Shown here: positions 1 to 12,500 of the stretch, one piece after another | Position numbering within the stretch: the stretch's first letter is position 1 | How the letters are laid out: each line of letters begins with the position of its first letter | NCBI GenBank assembly: GCA_031316235.1 | Contig: JALDRA010000001.1 | Location: forward strand, 2,970,001 to 3,002,000 | Length of the DNA stretch: 32,000 nucleotides | Source: Candidatus Scalindua sp. | GTDB lineage: Bacteria; Planctomycetota; Brocadiia; Brocadiales; Scalinduaceae | Direction of reading: 5' to 3' | The notes under the pieces: generated by a model | Database searches by the model: none | What the model saw: only the letters and a program-made list of their open reading frames with translations | What the model was told of the DNA's origin: nothing | Made by a program: the position numbers and the translations under genes

Positions 1-1757
<1,757 letters not shown>

Positions 1758-1838
1758 TAATTTTCTTTGTTAGTTTTATATTATTTAATTTCAAAGTTAA
1801 CTGTATTGTTAATATTACGATATGAAATCTCAAAAATT

Positions 1839-1949
1839 TCCGGTGACTATAGTAAGTAATCAAAACCCGTTCCCATTCCGAACACGGTAGTTAAAGTGCT
1901 TGCGCCGATGGTACTGTTCAAAAGACGGGAGAGTAGGTATTGCCGGATT
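1839..1949 (+). rRNA. rrf: 5S ribosomal RNA
   Basis: An ~111-nt segment ~80 nt after the 23S end. It has the conserved CCGTTCCCATTCCGAACACGG core, GGGAGAGTAGGT, and complementary termini (TCCGGTGAC / TTGCCGGA). Confidence 0.9.
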
Positions 1950-1954
1950 AAATT

Positions 1955-1992
1955 AAAACCCATCCTGAAGATTTTTTTTGGATGGGTTTTTT
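1955..1992 (+). terminator. Intrinsic terminator of the rRNA operon
   Basis: AAAACCCATCC (1955-1965) pairs with GGATGGGTTTT (1980-), followed by a T-run, directly after 5S. Confidence 0.7.
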
Positions 1993-2048
1993 AGTTTACG
2001 AAATACCTCTTATTTTTTGATTATACATAACGTTGAGAATCTATACTA

Positions 2049-2489
2049 ATGGATGATCCAGAAGAAATTTTCAGGGAGTATATTCAATCAAAAGGATTAA
2101 AATTTACCCCTGAAAGAAAGTCTATTTTAAATTACGTATTTAAAAATCATGGTCATTTTGAAGTTGAAGAGTTGTTGTTTGAAATGAAAAAAAATAAAGC
2201 TCGGGTTTCAAAAGCCACAATCTATCGAACGGTTGCGCTGTTGGTAAAATGCGGTTTGTTAAGAGAGGTTATTTTTGGAGAAAAACATACTCACTATGAG
2301 TATGTTTATGGCCACGAACACCATGAGCATCTTGTTTGCGAAGGATGTGGCAGAATAATAGAGTTCAGTGATGAAAGAATTGAAAAGTTTCAAGATGAAG
2401 TTTGTGTCAAGAACAAGTTTAGACCCGAATCCCATCGTTTTCAGATAACGGGTTATTGTCATGACTGTACTGGCGGGCATAAAACGTAA
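2049..2489 (+). CDS. Fur-family metal-responsive transcriptional regulator (Fur/Zur/PerR subtype unresolved)
   Basis: 146 aa with a winged-helix N-terminal half (KATIYRTVALL), a His-rich site (HEHHEH) and two CxxC pairs (CEGCG, CHDC), as in Fur-family proteins. Confidence 0.88.
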   Translation: MDDPEEIFREYIQSKGLKFTPERKSILNYVFKNHGHFEVEELLFEMKKNKARVSKATIYRTVALLVKCGLLREVIFGEKHTHYEYVYGHEHHEHLVCEGCGRIIEFSDERIEKFQDEVCVKNKFRPESHRFQITGYCHDCTGGHKT

Positions 2490-2561
2490 AGTAATATATA
2501 ATCCATTTTATACAGAAATCAATACCTATTGCATTTAATTTTTTTTAGAAAGAGTAAGATT

Positions 2562-2792
2562 ATGGCACGTGTATGTGAAATATGTGGTAAAGGTACATCG
2601 GTCGGGTATCAAATTGAGCGTAGGGGTTTGGCAAAAAGAAAAGGTGGAGTTGGTAGAAAGATAACAGGGCGAACAAAGAGAAAATTTAAGGCAAATATTC
2701 AATCGTTGAAAGCAAAGATAAAGGGAAGTATAAAGAGGATTAAAATTTGTACGAGATGTTTAAATTCGGGCAAAGTTGTTAAGGTAACATAG
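2562..2792 (+). CDS. rpmB: 50S ribosomal protein L28
   Basis: The product starts MARVCEICGKG, is basic and is ~76 aa. The ATG at 2562 is preferred over the TTG at 2529 in the ORF track because L28 proteins begin MA(R/K)xC. Confidence 0.9.
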   Translation: MARVCEICGKGTSVGYQIERRGLAKRKGGVGRKITGRTKRKFKANIQSLKAKIKGSIKRIKICTRCLNSGKVVKVT

Positions 2793-2831
2793 CAAAGAGG
2801 GTATAAGTAATAATTTGTCTGAGAGGAAATA

Positions 2832-3119
2832 GTGGAAATTGATTCTGAAGAAATTACCTTCATAGCTAAACTGTCAAGGATAAAACTTGATGATAGCGAA
2901 AAGGATATATTTAAAAAACAGCTGGTAAAGGTTTTGCAATATATTGAAAAGTTGAACGAATTAGATTTAGGCAACGATAATCCAACCTTATATACCTCTT
3001 CATTGAAAAATGTTTTCAGAGAGGACACTTTGAAACCCTCATACCAACAAGAAAGAGTTATCAATATCTCTCCTTCAAACGTTAACGGATTCTTTAAAGT
3101 ACCAAAAATTATTGAATAA
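2832..3119 (+). CDS. gatC: Asp/Glu-tRNA amidotransferase subunit C
   Basis: 95 aa, GTG start. N-terminus ...EEITFIAKLSRIKLDDSE...LNELD is typical of GatC, and the gene lies directly upstream of gatA/gatB. Confidence 0.9.
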   Translation: MEIDSEEITFIAKLSRIKLDDSEKDIFKKQLVKVLQYIEKLNELDLGNDNPTLYTSSLKNVFREDTLKPSYQQERVINISPSNVNGFFKVPKIIE

Positions 3120-3263
3120 TGAATTCTTAATATCTGTTAACTTCTGCCTCCAGCGAAAAGTAGTTTTCCGTTTCTTTTAAATGATTTTTATGCAGTTTTC
3201 ATAGATGCAGTCAGGTCCTATAGACCTTTTTGTATTTCGATAATAGATTTTTGGAGAGAATTT

Positions 3264-4730
3264 TTGTTTTTACACGAATTAACTGCTAAGCAAATTCGGG
3301 ATAAGATAGTAAACCGGGAAATATCTGCTCTGGAGATAATAGAGAATATTTTTAGTCGGATTAAGCAGAAAGAACCTTTGGTAAAGGCATACATAAGTTT
3401 GGATCAGGAGGGAGCGTTAATAAAAGCAAGAGAGATAGATTTCAAGCTTCAAAATGGGGATGTTGTAGGGAAATTAGCAGGCATTCCTATAGCAGTCAAA
3501 GATAACATTTGTACAAAAGATATGAAAACAACGTGTGCGTCCAGGATTTTGGAGAACTTCGTACCACCTTATGATGCATTTGTGATAGAAAAATTACGGC
3601 AGGAAGATGCCATTATTGTTGGTAAAACAAATTTAGATGAGTTTGCAATGGGATCTACGACAGAAAATTCAGCTTTTCATATTACCCGCAATCCCTGGAA
3701 CACGGATTGTATACCGGGAGGCTCTAGCGGGGGTTCTGCGGCAGCGGTTTCTGCCGATATAGCTTTTATGGCATTAGGTTCTGATACAGGGGGGTCTGTT
3801 CGTCAACCAGCTTCTTTATGTGGAAATGTTGGTTTTAAACCGACCTATGGAAGAGTTTCACGCTATGGTCTAATTGCCTTCGCGTCATCGCTTGACCAGG
3901 TTGGTACTTTTACAAAAGATGTTTTTGATGCAGCATTACTATTACAGGTTATTTCGGGTCATGACTGTTCAGATTCAACATGCTCATCGTTAGGGGTTGA
4001 TGACTATCTGTCAGATATTAACTCTCCGGATGATGGATTACGAATAGGTGTGCCAAGAGAGTTTTTTAGCGAAGGACTTGATTCAGAAGTTAGAAATGCA
4101 GTAATGGATGCATTGGGAATTTATAAAAAAAATGGAGCAAAGCTAATAGAGCTGTCTCTGCCCCATTGTGAGTATGCTATAGCAACGTATTGTATTATTG
4201 CAACGGCAGAGGCTTGTTCAAACCTTGCAAGATATGACGGTGTCAGGTATGGACTCAGAAGTCAATTACCTGATGATAACATAATAGACATGTACAGCAG
4301 GACACGGGCAGAAGGTTTCGGTGATGAGGTGAAAAGAAGAATTTTACTTGGTAATTATGTTCTAAGTTCCGGTTATTATGAGGCGTACTATCTGAAGGCA
4401 TCAAAAGTGAGAAATTTGATAAAAAGTGACTTCGAAGAGGCATTTAGGAATGTTGATTGTATTATTTGCCCCACCTGCCCTACTACGGCCTGTAAAGTTG
4501 GGGAGAAGACAGTTGACCCTCTTGAAATGTATCTGTCTGATGTTTATACTAATCTAGCAAACCTTACAGGGATACCTGGTATTTCTCTCCCTTGCGGTTT
4601 TACAAAGGCCGGGTTACCAATTGGAATGCAAATTTTAGGAAGGCATTTTGAAGAGAAACTGATATTACAGGTGGCCAAATTGTTTGAGAGGGAAACAGAT
4701 TTTCATTTGAAGACACCTAAACTGGATTGA
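3264..4730 (+). CDS. gatA: Asp/Glu-tRNA amidotransferase subunit A
   Basis: 488 aa with the amidase signature GGSSGGSAAAV and KDN motif, in gatCAB gene order. TTG start as given in the ORF track. Confidence 0.95.
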   Translation: MFLHELTAKQIRDKIVNREISALEIIENIFSRIKQKEPLVKAYISLDQEGALIKAREIDFKLQNGDVVGKLAGIPIAVKDNICTKDMKTTCASRILENFVPPYDAFVIEKLRQEDAIIVGKTNLDEFAMGSTTENSAFHITRNPWNTDCIPGGSSGGSAAAVSADIAFMALGSDTGGSVRQPASLCGNVGFKPTYGRVSRYGLIAFASSLDQVGTFTKDVFDAALLLQVISGHDCSDSTCSSLGVDDYLSDINSPDDGLRIGVPREFFSEGLDSEVRNAVMDALGIYKKNGAKLIELSLPHCEYAIATYCIIATAEACSNLARYDGVRYGLRSQLPDDNIIDMYSRTRAEGFGDEVKRRILLGNYVLSSGYYEAYYLKASKVRNLIKSDFEEAFRNVDCIICPTCPTTACKVGEKTVDPLEMYLSDVYTNLANLTGIPGISLPCGFTKAGLPIGMQILGRHFEEKLILQVAKLFERETDFHLKTPKLD

Positions 4731-4743
4731 TGGGATTTTATTA

Positions 4744-6183
4744 ATGGAATATGAAGTTGTAATCGGACTGGAAACTCATGCTGAACTGAATACTGATACA
4801 AAACTCTTTTGTGGATGCAGTACCGCCTTTGGTTCAGAACCTAATACACAAACATGTCCTGTTTGCCTGGGGCTCCCGGGTGTATTGCCGGTGATTAATA
4901 GGAAGGCGTTTGAGCATACGCTAAAAACAGCCCTTGCAATGAACTGCGAGATAAGCAGTTTTATCAATTTTGATAGAAAAAATTATTATTACCCTGATTT
5001 GCCAAAGAATTATCAAATTTCACAAAACTATTTCAACGTTGGTAACAATGGTTTTGTCGAAATAACGGTCCAAGCGAAGAAAAAAAGGATTGGTATACAT
5101 AACGTTCATCTTGAAGAAGATGCTGGCAAGCTTATCCATCCTGAAGCATCAGATGCAAGTTATAGCTTGATTGATTTTAACAGAGCCGGTGTCCCCCTGG
5201 TCGAGATAGTTACAGACCCGGATATGAGAAGTATTGATGATGTTGAAGGTTTTATGCATACATTGAGGAACATGTTATTGTATATTGGTGTATCCGATTG
5301 TAAGATGGAGGAGGGCTCTTTGCGTTTTGAGGCCAGTATCTCACTATGCAGAAAAGGCTCTGATGTCTTTGGTAACAGGGTCGAAATTAAGAATCTTAAC
5401 TCTATGAAAGCCGTGTTGAAAGTATTAGCATATGAAATATCGAGGCAAAAGGAGTTGCTTGATAACGGTGAAAAAATTGTAATGGAAACGAGGCTATGGG
5501 ATGAGGTCGGTGCTGTTAGCAGGAGAATGCGTACGAAAGAAGAATCTCATGATTACCGGTATTTCCCTGAACCAGATCTGGTCCCGATTCTGGTAGACCA
5601 GAAAAATATTGAGGGGATCAGGATAACAATTCCTGAGCTTCCTGATGTAAGACGTCAAAGATTTGTCAATGAATATCTTATTTCTGACTATGATGCTCGG
5701 ATTCTTACCGAAAGTAAATTTCTTTCAGATTATTTCGAAGAGTGTGTGAAATTAACAAACAACTCTCCCAAGGAGTTATCGAATTGGATAATTAACGATG
5801 TCCTCAGGGTTTTAAACGATAAAAAAAAAGAGATCAGGGATTTCATTATCTCACCAAAGATGTTAGTTGAATTAATTGAAATGAAATCAGAGATTGGTGG
5901 AACCATTGCTAAGGAAGTTTTTTCCGAGATGTCTGATACTGGTAAAGATGCTTCAACGGTTATTCGGGAAAAGAACTTAATACCGTTAAGCGATACTGTG
6001 GAGCTGAGCTTGGTTGTATCAAAAATTATTGAAGAAAACCCAAAGGCCATTGAAGATTATGGCAAGGGTAAAGAAAGTGCTTTGTCTTTCCTGGTAGGTC
6101 AGGCAATGAGAACGACAAAAGGTAAAGCGGACCCAAAAATGCTCAAAGTAATTTTCAAAGAAAAGTTGACAAAGATTCAGTAG
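4744..6183 (+). CDS. gatB: Asp/Glu-tRNA amidotransferase subunit B
   Basis: 479 aa. The N-terminus YEVVIGLETHAELNTxTKLFCGC and a C-terminal YqeY-like tail are characteristic of GatB. Confidence 0.95.
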   Translation: MEYEVVIGLETHAELNTDTKLFCGCSTAFGSEPNTQTCPVCLGLPGVLPVINRKAFEHTLKTALAMNCEISSFINFDRKNYYYPDLPKNYQISQNYFNVGNNGFVEITVQAKKKRIGIHNVHLEEDAGKLIHPEASDASYSLIDFNRAGVPLVEIVTDPDMRSIDDVEGFMHTLRNMLLYIGVSDCKMEEGSLRFEASISLCRKGSDVFGNRVEIKNLNSMKAVLKVLAYEISRQKELLDNGEKIVMETRLWDEVGAVSRRMRTKEESHDYRYFPEPDLVPILVDQKNIEGIRITIPELPDVRRQRFVNEYLISDYDARILTESKFLSDYFEECVKLTNNSPKELSNWIINDVLRVLNDKKKEIRDFIISPKMLVELIEMKSEIGGTIAKEVFSEMSDTGKDASTVIREKNLIPLSDTVELSLVVSKIIEENPKAIEDYGKGKESALSFLVGQAMRTTKGKADPKMLKVIFKEKLTKIQ

Positions 6184-6197
6184 TAGATTTCACGCCA

Positions 6198-6398
6198 TCA
6201 GACGTCTTTAGCCTGAATCGTCTTCCGTCCGTTTTCCTGCGATCTTTTTATGGCTTTGTCTATTAAACAATAAACTGTGTCGCTCAGTTCGCTGATGAAT
6301 TCTCCCGATGTATTACAATCATTTTCTTTAATGTATTCTCTGATTTTGCTCGCAACAACAAGTATTTCTCTTTCCTTTTTCTTTACTTTCTTTGCCAT
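6198..6398 (-). CDS. Small histone-fold-like DNA-binding protein (alpha3-truncated bacterial histone / DUF1931-like)
   Basis: 66 aa, with an AAGGAG RBS 6 nt upstream of the ATG. It has a lysine-rich N-terminus. The C-terminal NGRKTIQAKDV resembles the L2/RKT motif of archaeal histone HMfB (AGRKTIKAEDI). The layout LVVASKIREYIKE...NTSGEF...long helix matches alpha1-L1-alpha2. Confidence 0.55.
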   Translation of the reverse strand: MAKKVKKKEREILVVASKIREYIKENDCNTSGEFISELSDTVYCLIDKAIKRSQENGRKTIQAKDV

Positions 6399-6514
6399 GC
6401 GAATCTCCTTGGTTATGACTGATACATAAGTTTGATTTTCGGGATACTATCAAAAAAGTTATAGATGTCAAGTGCTTTTTAGCTCAATTTTTTTGTTGCA
6501 GGATGTAAAAAAAT

Positions 6515-7645
6515 ATGAATATCCGAGAGAAAATATTGTCTAAAGTCAATAGGATTGTTGTAAAAATCGGAACCCATGTACTGACAAACACAGATGGAAT
6601 CCTCGATAATAGTCAGATTATGGAACTGTCGAGGCAAATTATTATGCTTTGCACTCAGGGATACAAGGTTGTCATCGTAACCTCTGGTGCAATTGGAGCA
6701 GGTATCAGGGCATTGGGTCGATCAAGAAGGCCTACTATTCTCCCCGAGCTTCAGGCGGCGGCGGCAATTGGACAGGGTAAACTTATGGAAGCTTATAATG
6801 AATGCTTTAAGAGTCATGGGTACCATGCCGCTCAATTACTATTAACGAGGCAGGACTTTGAAGATCGCCAAAGATATTTGAACACATCTAATACGTTACA
6901 TACCCTGCTACGTTTTAAGACGATTCCGATTATTAATGAAAACGATACTATTGCTATTGACGAAATAGCATTCGGAGACAATGATGTGTTGTCGGCAATG
7001 GTTACAAATCTCCTCCATGCTGATTTATTGATACTTTTATCTTCTGTAGACGGATTATATACAAATTCTCCGAAGCCTGGAGGTAAGAATACCGTTTTGC
7101 CAATTGTTAATGAGATTTCAGATGAAATTAAAAAACTTGCATTTAAACCGAAAACACTGCAGGGTACGGGGGGGATGAAAAGTAAACTTAAGGCTGCCTG
7201 GGATGTTACTAATGCCGGAGAGGCTGTTATTATTGCAAACGGAAAACACCCCGATATTTTACAAAAGATAATGAGGTTTGATGATGTTGGAACGCTGTTT
7301 CTTCCTAGCAAGAAAAAAATAGCCAGCCGAAAACGCTGGATAGGTTTTTCTGTAAGGCCAAATGGGAAACTTTTTATTGATGAAGGCGCATTTGATGCGG
7401 TATACAAGAGAGGGAAAAGTTTACTGCCTTCCGGTCTTGTCAATGTTGATGGGAATTTTGTTAAGGGCGATATTGTATCAATAATGGATACTGATGGAGA
7501 GAAAGAGATAGCAAGGGGGTTGATAAATTATTCAAAGGAAGAGGTCATGAAAATCAAGGGTATGCGAACTTCTTTAATAAAAAAGACTCTGGGGGCAAAA
7601 CCTTATGACGAAGTAATCCACCGTGACAATATGGTTTTGTTGTAA
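6515..7645 (+). CDS. proB: Glutamate 5-kinase with C-terminal PUA domain
   Basis: 376 aa with an amino-acid-kinase fold (VVKIGTHVLT, VTSGAIGAG, NENDT, FGDND) and a PUA-like C-terminus. Confidence 0.95.
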   Translation: MNIREKILSKVNRIVVKIGTHVLTNTDGILDNSQIMELSRQIIMLCTQGYKVVIVTSGAIGAGIRALGRSRRPTILPELQAAAAIGQGKLMEAYNECFKSHGYHAAQLLLTRQDFEDRQRYLNTSNTLHTLLRFKTIPIINENDTIAIDEIAFGDNDVLSAMVTNLLHADLLILLSSVDGLYTNSPKPGGKNTVLPIVNEISDEIKKLAFKPKTLQGTGGMKSKLKAAWDVTNAGEAVIIANGKHPDILQKIMRFDDVGTLFLPSKKKIASRKRWIGFSVRPNGKLFIDEGAFDAVYKRGKSLLPSGLVNVDGNFVKGDIVSIMDTDGEKEIARGLINYSKEEVMKIKGMRTSLIKKTLGAKPYDEVIHRDNMVLL

Positions 7646-7902
7646 ATCCATACATAATTTCAGCAAAAATATTTTTTGCCGGTCCCATTTCAGAGTTTAC
7701 CGGAGTGTTAAATACTTCTCTTTTTACCACCTTAAATCGTACTTTTCTTTACCATTAAGAGATTTTTCCCTTTATGAGGCCGTGAAGGTTTCAGATTCTA
7801 ATATGCTTGACAAGAGATAGATCGAGGGTATATAATCGTAACGTATTTTTGAGAAAATTTGTGAAATTTTACATTTAATAGTGTAAAAGGAGGATTTCTT
7901 TA

Positions 7903-8211
7903 ATGATTAGATATAGTTGTGACATGTGCGGGAGATCTATTATTCCCGAAGAAGATGTTAGATATGTAATCAAAATCGAGGCTTATGCGGCTTGTGAGCC
8001 AGCTGATGCTGAAGATGAAGATTTTGATGAAGAATTAATAGAAGATTTTGATGAAGAAGATGAAGAAGAATTCAGTGATTTTGAAACTGAGGATGAAGAA
8101 GTTGATTATAAGACTTTCAGGTTTGATCTCTGCAGTAAATGCCACAGTAAATACCTGCAAGATCCTCTTTCGATCAAATCGATCCGGAGAAGCCGATTTT
8201 CTGAAAACTGA
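7903..8211 (+). CDS. Hypothetical zinc-ribbon protein with a highly acidic central insert
   Basis: 102 aa with a strong AAGGAGG RBS. CDMC (N-terminal) and CSKC (C-terminal) pairs bracket a ~45-aa D/E/F-rich stretch. The gene lies 41 nt upstream of the aconitase-family large subunit. Confidence 0.6.
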   Translation: MIRYSCDMCGRSIIPEEDVRYVIKIEAYAACEPADAEDEDFDEELIEDFDEEDEEEFSDFETEDEEVDYKTFRFDLCSKCHSKYLQDPLSIKSIRRSRFSEN

Positions 8212-8252
8212 AAACTTATTTAAGACCAGTAATAATATATGGTTGAATCTAT

Positions 8253-9515
8253 ATGGCAATGACAATCACTGAGAAAATAATTGCCGCTCACGCGGGGCTT
8301 GAGGAAGTCAGAGCCGGACAATTTGTGTATGCGGATGTTGATATTTGTCTCGGGAACGATATAACCGCACCGATTGCTATTGAGCAGTTTGAAACACTCG
8401 GGGCAAAAAATGTTTTATATCCCGATAGGATAGTCTTGGTTCCCGACCATTTTACTCCAAACAAGGACATTAAATCAGCGCAGAATGCGAAAATCCTCAG
8501 AGGCTTTGCACAAAAACATCATATAAAAAACTATTTTGAGGTGGGAAGAGTCGGGATAGAGCATGTTCTATTACCGGAGCAAGGTATAGTTGTTCCGGGA
8601 GATTTGGTAATTGGTGCAGATTCTCATACCTGTACATATGGGGCTCTCGGTATCTTTTCAACAGGTGTCGGGAGTACCGATATTGCCGCCTGCTATGCTA
8701 CCGGTAAGGTTTGGTTAAAAGTCCCGGAAACGATGAAATTTAATTATACCGGCCAATTAAACGAATGGGTTTCCGGGAAAGATTTAATTCTTTATACAAT
8801 TGGTAAAATTGGTGTAGACGGTGCAAGATACCGGGCCATGGAATTCGGGGGATCTGTGGTAGAGTCTTTGTCAATTGATGACCGTCTTGCGATGTGTAAT
8901 ATGGCAATTGAGGCGGGTGCCAAGAATGGAATAATCGCACCGGATAGCCGTACTGAAGAATTTATAAACAATAAAGCTCAGAGAAGTTACAAGTTTTACT
9001 CAAGCGATGAAGATTGCAGCTATTTTGAAGTGTACGAATATGATGTGACTAACCTCACCCCTCAAGTAGCATTACCCAATTTACCTGAAAATGTTCGTCC
9101 TGTTGAAGACTTATCAGATATAAAGATAGACCAGGTTGTAATAGGTTCCTGCACAAATGGGAGGATTTCTGATCTGAGAATAGCTGCTCAAATTCTAAAA
9201 GGCAAGAAAGTCCACTCTTCTATTCGTTTAATAGTGCTGCCTGGTACACAGGCTGTCTATCTTGAGGCATTACGTGAGGGCTTGATAGAAATTTTTATCA
9301 ATGCCGAAGGGGCGGTCTCTACACCGACCTGCGGACCTTGCTTGGGAGGCCATATGGGTGTTTTGGCTGAAGGTGAGCGAGCATTATCAACAACCAACAG
9401 AAATTTTGCTGGCAGAATGGGGCATCCAAAATCAGAAATTTACCTCTGCAATCCTGCTGTAGCAGCTGCTTCTGCCATTACGGGGAAAATAACACATCCT
9501 GAATTAATTGCCTAG
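8253..9515 (+). CDS. leuC: Aconitase-family dehydratase large subunit (archaeal-type 3-isopropylmalate dehydratase / homoaconitase LeuC/HacA-like)
   Basis: 420 aa with Fe-S ligand motifs DSHT, GSCTNGR and CGPCLG. The short archaeal-type length fits. Substrate (isopropylmalate vs homocitrate/citramalate) cannot be read from the sequence. Confidence 0.85.
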   Translation: MAMTITEKIIAAHAGLEEVRAGQFVYADVDICLGNDITAPIAIEQFETLGAKNVLYPDRIVLVPDHFTPNKDIKSAQNAKILRGFAQKHHIKNYFEVGRVGIEHVLLPEQGIVVPGDLVIGADSHTCTYGALGIFSTGVGSTDIAACYATGKVWLKVPETMKFNYTGQLNEWVSGKDLILYTIGKIGVDGARYRAMEFGGSVVESLSIDDRLAMCNMAIEAGAKNGIIAPDSRTEEFINNKAQRSYKFYSSDEDCSYFEVYEYDVTNLTPQVALPNLPENVRPVEDLSDIKIDQVVIGSCTNGRISDLRIAAQILKGKKVHSSIRLIVLPGTQAVYLEALREGLIEIFINAEGAVSTPTCGPCLGGHMGVLAEGERALSTTNRNFAGRMGHPKSEIYLCNPAVAAASAITGKITHPELIA

Positions 9516-9573
9516 TTTTTTCCAGAGCGAATTCTTAATAATATATTTTTCATTTTTGTATGTTTGAGGAAAA

Positions 9574-12500
9574 ATGATGATATCTAGTACTGGTATGTAT
9601 AACCCAAAGGATCAAAAAAAATATCTTGGTTTAGATATAGGATCCGTGAGTATCAAAGCAGTTGTGGTTAATGATAATAAGGAAGTTATCGAAAATCATT
9701 ACGTAAGGTCCCATGGTCAGCCCATAGAAACGGTGCTTATCGTATTAAAAGATATCCTGAACAGGATTTCTGCTGAAGAGATATATGGTGTGGCTGTAAC
9801 GGGTTCTGGTGGGAAGCTGCTGTCAGGGATAATGAAAATTAGTTTTATCAATGAGGTTGTGGCTCAGAGTAAGGCTACTTCGGTTCTTCATCCGGAAGTT
9901 AAGACAATAATAGAGATTGGTGGAGAGGATTCAAAATTGATTATGCTTGAGCGCGATGAATCCTTTGGGAAGGCAGGCGGTAACGATGGCGCCAGGTTAA
10001 AGGTGTCTGATTTCGCAATGAACACGATGTGTGCTGCCGGTACTGGATCATTTTTGGATCAACAATCGACGAGGATAGGAGTTTCTATAGAAGAGGAGTT
10101 TGGTAAATTAGCTTTAAAGTCCAAGAATCCGCCAAGAATAGCGGGTAGATGCAGTGTTTTTGCGAAATCAGACATGATACATCTTCAACAGGTGGGGACT
10201 GAGATTCACGATATTGTATCAGGGCTCTGTTACGCATTGACGAGGAATTTCAAGAGTAATATAGGAAAAGGGAAGGATTTTGTAAAACCGATAGCATTTC
10301 AAGGCGGTGTCGCTGCAAATGCAGGTATTATTAAGGCATTTGAGGATATACTCGAATTAGATGAAGGGGAACTGATTATTCCTCGATATTTTAACACTAT
10401 GGGTGCTATAGGTTGTGCCTTTGCTTTCATGGAGAAAGGCATCGACGCACCGTTTACAGGGTTTAAGACGATTGAGGCGTACTTGAAGAACCGAAGAGGA
10501 AAAGATACAAATCTAACGAAACTTACTTGTAACAACTATGAAATAAATGTGAGAAATCACATCCTTGAGACGAACGGCAAGGTGGAGGTTTATGTTGGTG
10601 TTGATGTTGGGTCGATCAGTACGAATGTTGTTGTTATTGATAAGGATAGAAATGTACTTGCCAGACGATATTTGATGACGGCGGGGAAACCTCTGGAAGC
10701 GGTAAAGCAGGGGCTATTTGAGGTGGGAGAAGAAATACAAGATAAGGTTGTCGTCAAAGGAGTGGGTGTGACGGGGTCTGGTAGATACCTTACTGGTGAG
10801 TTTATTGGCTCCGATATCGTAAAGAATGAAATAACGGCTCATGCAACTGCTGCAGCTGCAGTAGATAAAAACGTAGATACCATTTTTGAAATTGGAGGGC
10901 AGGATTCTAAATACATCAGCCTGGAAAATGGAGCAATTGTTGACTTTACCATGAATAAGGTTTGTGCGGCGGGAACGGGGTCTTTTCTGGAAGAGCAGTC
11001 TGAAAAACTAGACGTCAACATTAAGCAGGAATTTGGAAAGCGTGCCCTGGACTCATGTTGCCCCTCATCTCTTGGCGAAAGGTGTACCGTTTTTATGGAA
11101 TCAGACCTTAATCATCATCAACAGCTGGGTGTCCCCAAGGATGACCTGTTGGCAGGTTTAAGTTATTCGATCGTCCTGAATTATATCAACCGTGTAGTTG
11201 AAAAGAGAAAAATTGGAGATACTATTTTTTTGCAGGGAGGGGTAGCGGCAAATCGGGGGGTCAAGGCAGCTTTTGAAAAAATAACGGGTAGAGAGATCAT
11301 TGTACCTCCTCACCATGATGTCATGGGGGCTATAGGCTCTGCGATAATATCGATGGAGGAAAAGAAGTGGGAAAATTCACGGTTCAAGGGATTCGATTTG
11401 CGAAAGAGGGCGTATGAAACATCGTCCTTTGTTTGTAAGGATTGTTCGAATGTCTGCGAAATAAGAAAGGTTATCATAAAAGGGGAAGTACCTCTTCATT
11501 ACGGAAGCCGATGTGGGAAATATGACGATGAAAAGAAACTAGCAAGCGGGAAAAATATTCCCCGATTGTTTAACGAAAGGAAAAAAATCCTCTATGAGCC
11601 TTATGTCAAGAGCAGGAGCACAATAAAAATAAAGAAAAAAGAGCGAATCGGTATACCACAAGCTTCTACTTTTTTTGAATTGTTTCCGATGTGGAAAGCC
11701 TTTTTCACAGAATTGGGATTCGAAATTTTAATTTCTAAAAATACAAATAGAGAAGTTATTAATAACGGGTTGGAACATGTTACAGCGGAAACATGCTTTC
11801 CTATCAAGGTTGCACATGGGCATGTTATTGATATGCTGAAAAAAGATATAGACTATCTGTTCTTACCCAGCGTGATAAATATGACGCATGCATCGTCCAA
11901 GGTGACGCACTCTTATGCCTGCCCTTACATACAATGCCTGCCCTATATTATTCGTTCAGCAATAAATCTGGATTCTCCAAAATTCAAGGTATTGCAGCCT
12001 GTAATTCATTTTGAATATGGTGAATTGTTTTTGGATAAGACCTTGCGGCAGATTGCTAAAGAGATAGGGAGAAGAGGTGCGAGGGTTGAAAATGCCATAA
12101 AAAAGGCAAAGGAAACTCAAAATAACTTCTATGGCCGGCTAGAAAAAAGAGGAAAAGAGGTGCTTGATAGCTTAGGTGATGATGAATTTGCCTTGGTCAT
12201 CATCAGCCGTCCGTACAATGGTTGCGATTCGGGTGTTAACATGGATCTGCCTGAAAAGCTCAGGGACCTAGGGGTGTTGGCTATTCCTATGGATTTTCTT
12301 ACTCTTGATTTAGAGGATATATCAAATGACTATCCAAACATGTACTGGAAATACGGGCAAAAGATACTTGCGGCAGCAAGAGTAATTGCACGTGACAAGA
12401 GGCTGTATGGTCTCTACATAACGAATTTCGGCTGTGGCCCTGATTCTTTCATTTCTAAATTTTTCCCTAAAGAAGTTGGTGGGAAACCGTTTTTGACGAT

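Noticed and set aside
2000-2048. Fur box upstream of the Fur-family gene (TGATTATACATAACG)
   Set aside because: It resembles the GATAATGATAATCATTATC consensus only partially and lacks clear dyad symmetry, so it is not supportable by eye.
2529-2561. TTG start at 2529 for rpmB, and the start at 24986 for nfo, as given by the ORF track
   Set aside because: The N-terminal extensions (MHLIFFRKSKI-, [10 protein letters not shown]-) are not seen in these conserved families as I know them. The internal ATGs (2562, 25016) give canonical N-termini, and 25016 also has a strong GAGGAG RBS.
3148-3160. Short motif CTCCAGCGAAA(A/G)G downstream of gatC (3148), with a similar motif after leuD (~14483), plus GAATTCTTAATA shared at 3121 and 9531
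   Set aside because: These are only 11-12 nt matches. By rough estimate, exact matches of that length are expected by chance dozens of times or more among all position pairs in a 32-kb window. There is no extended similarity or structure around them.
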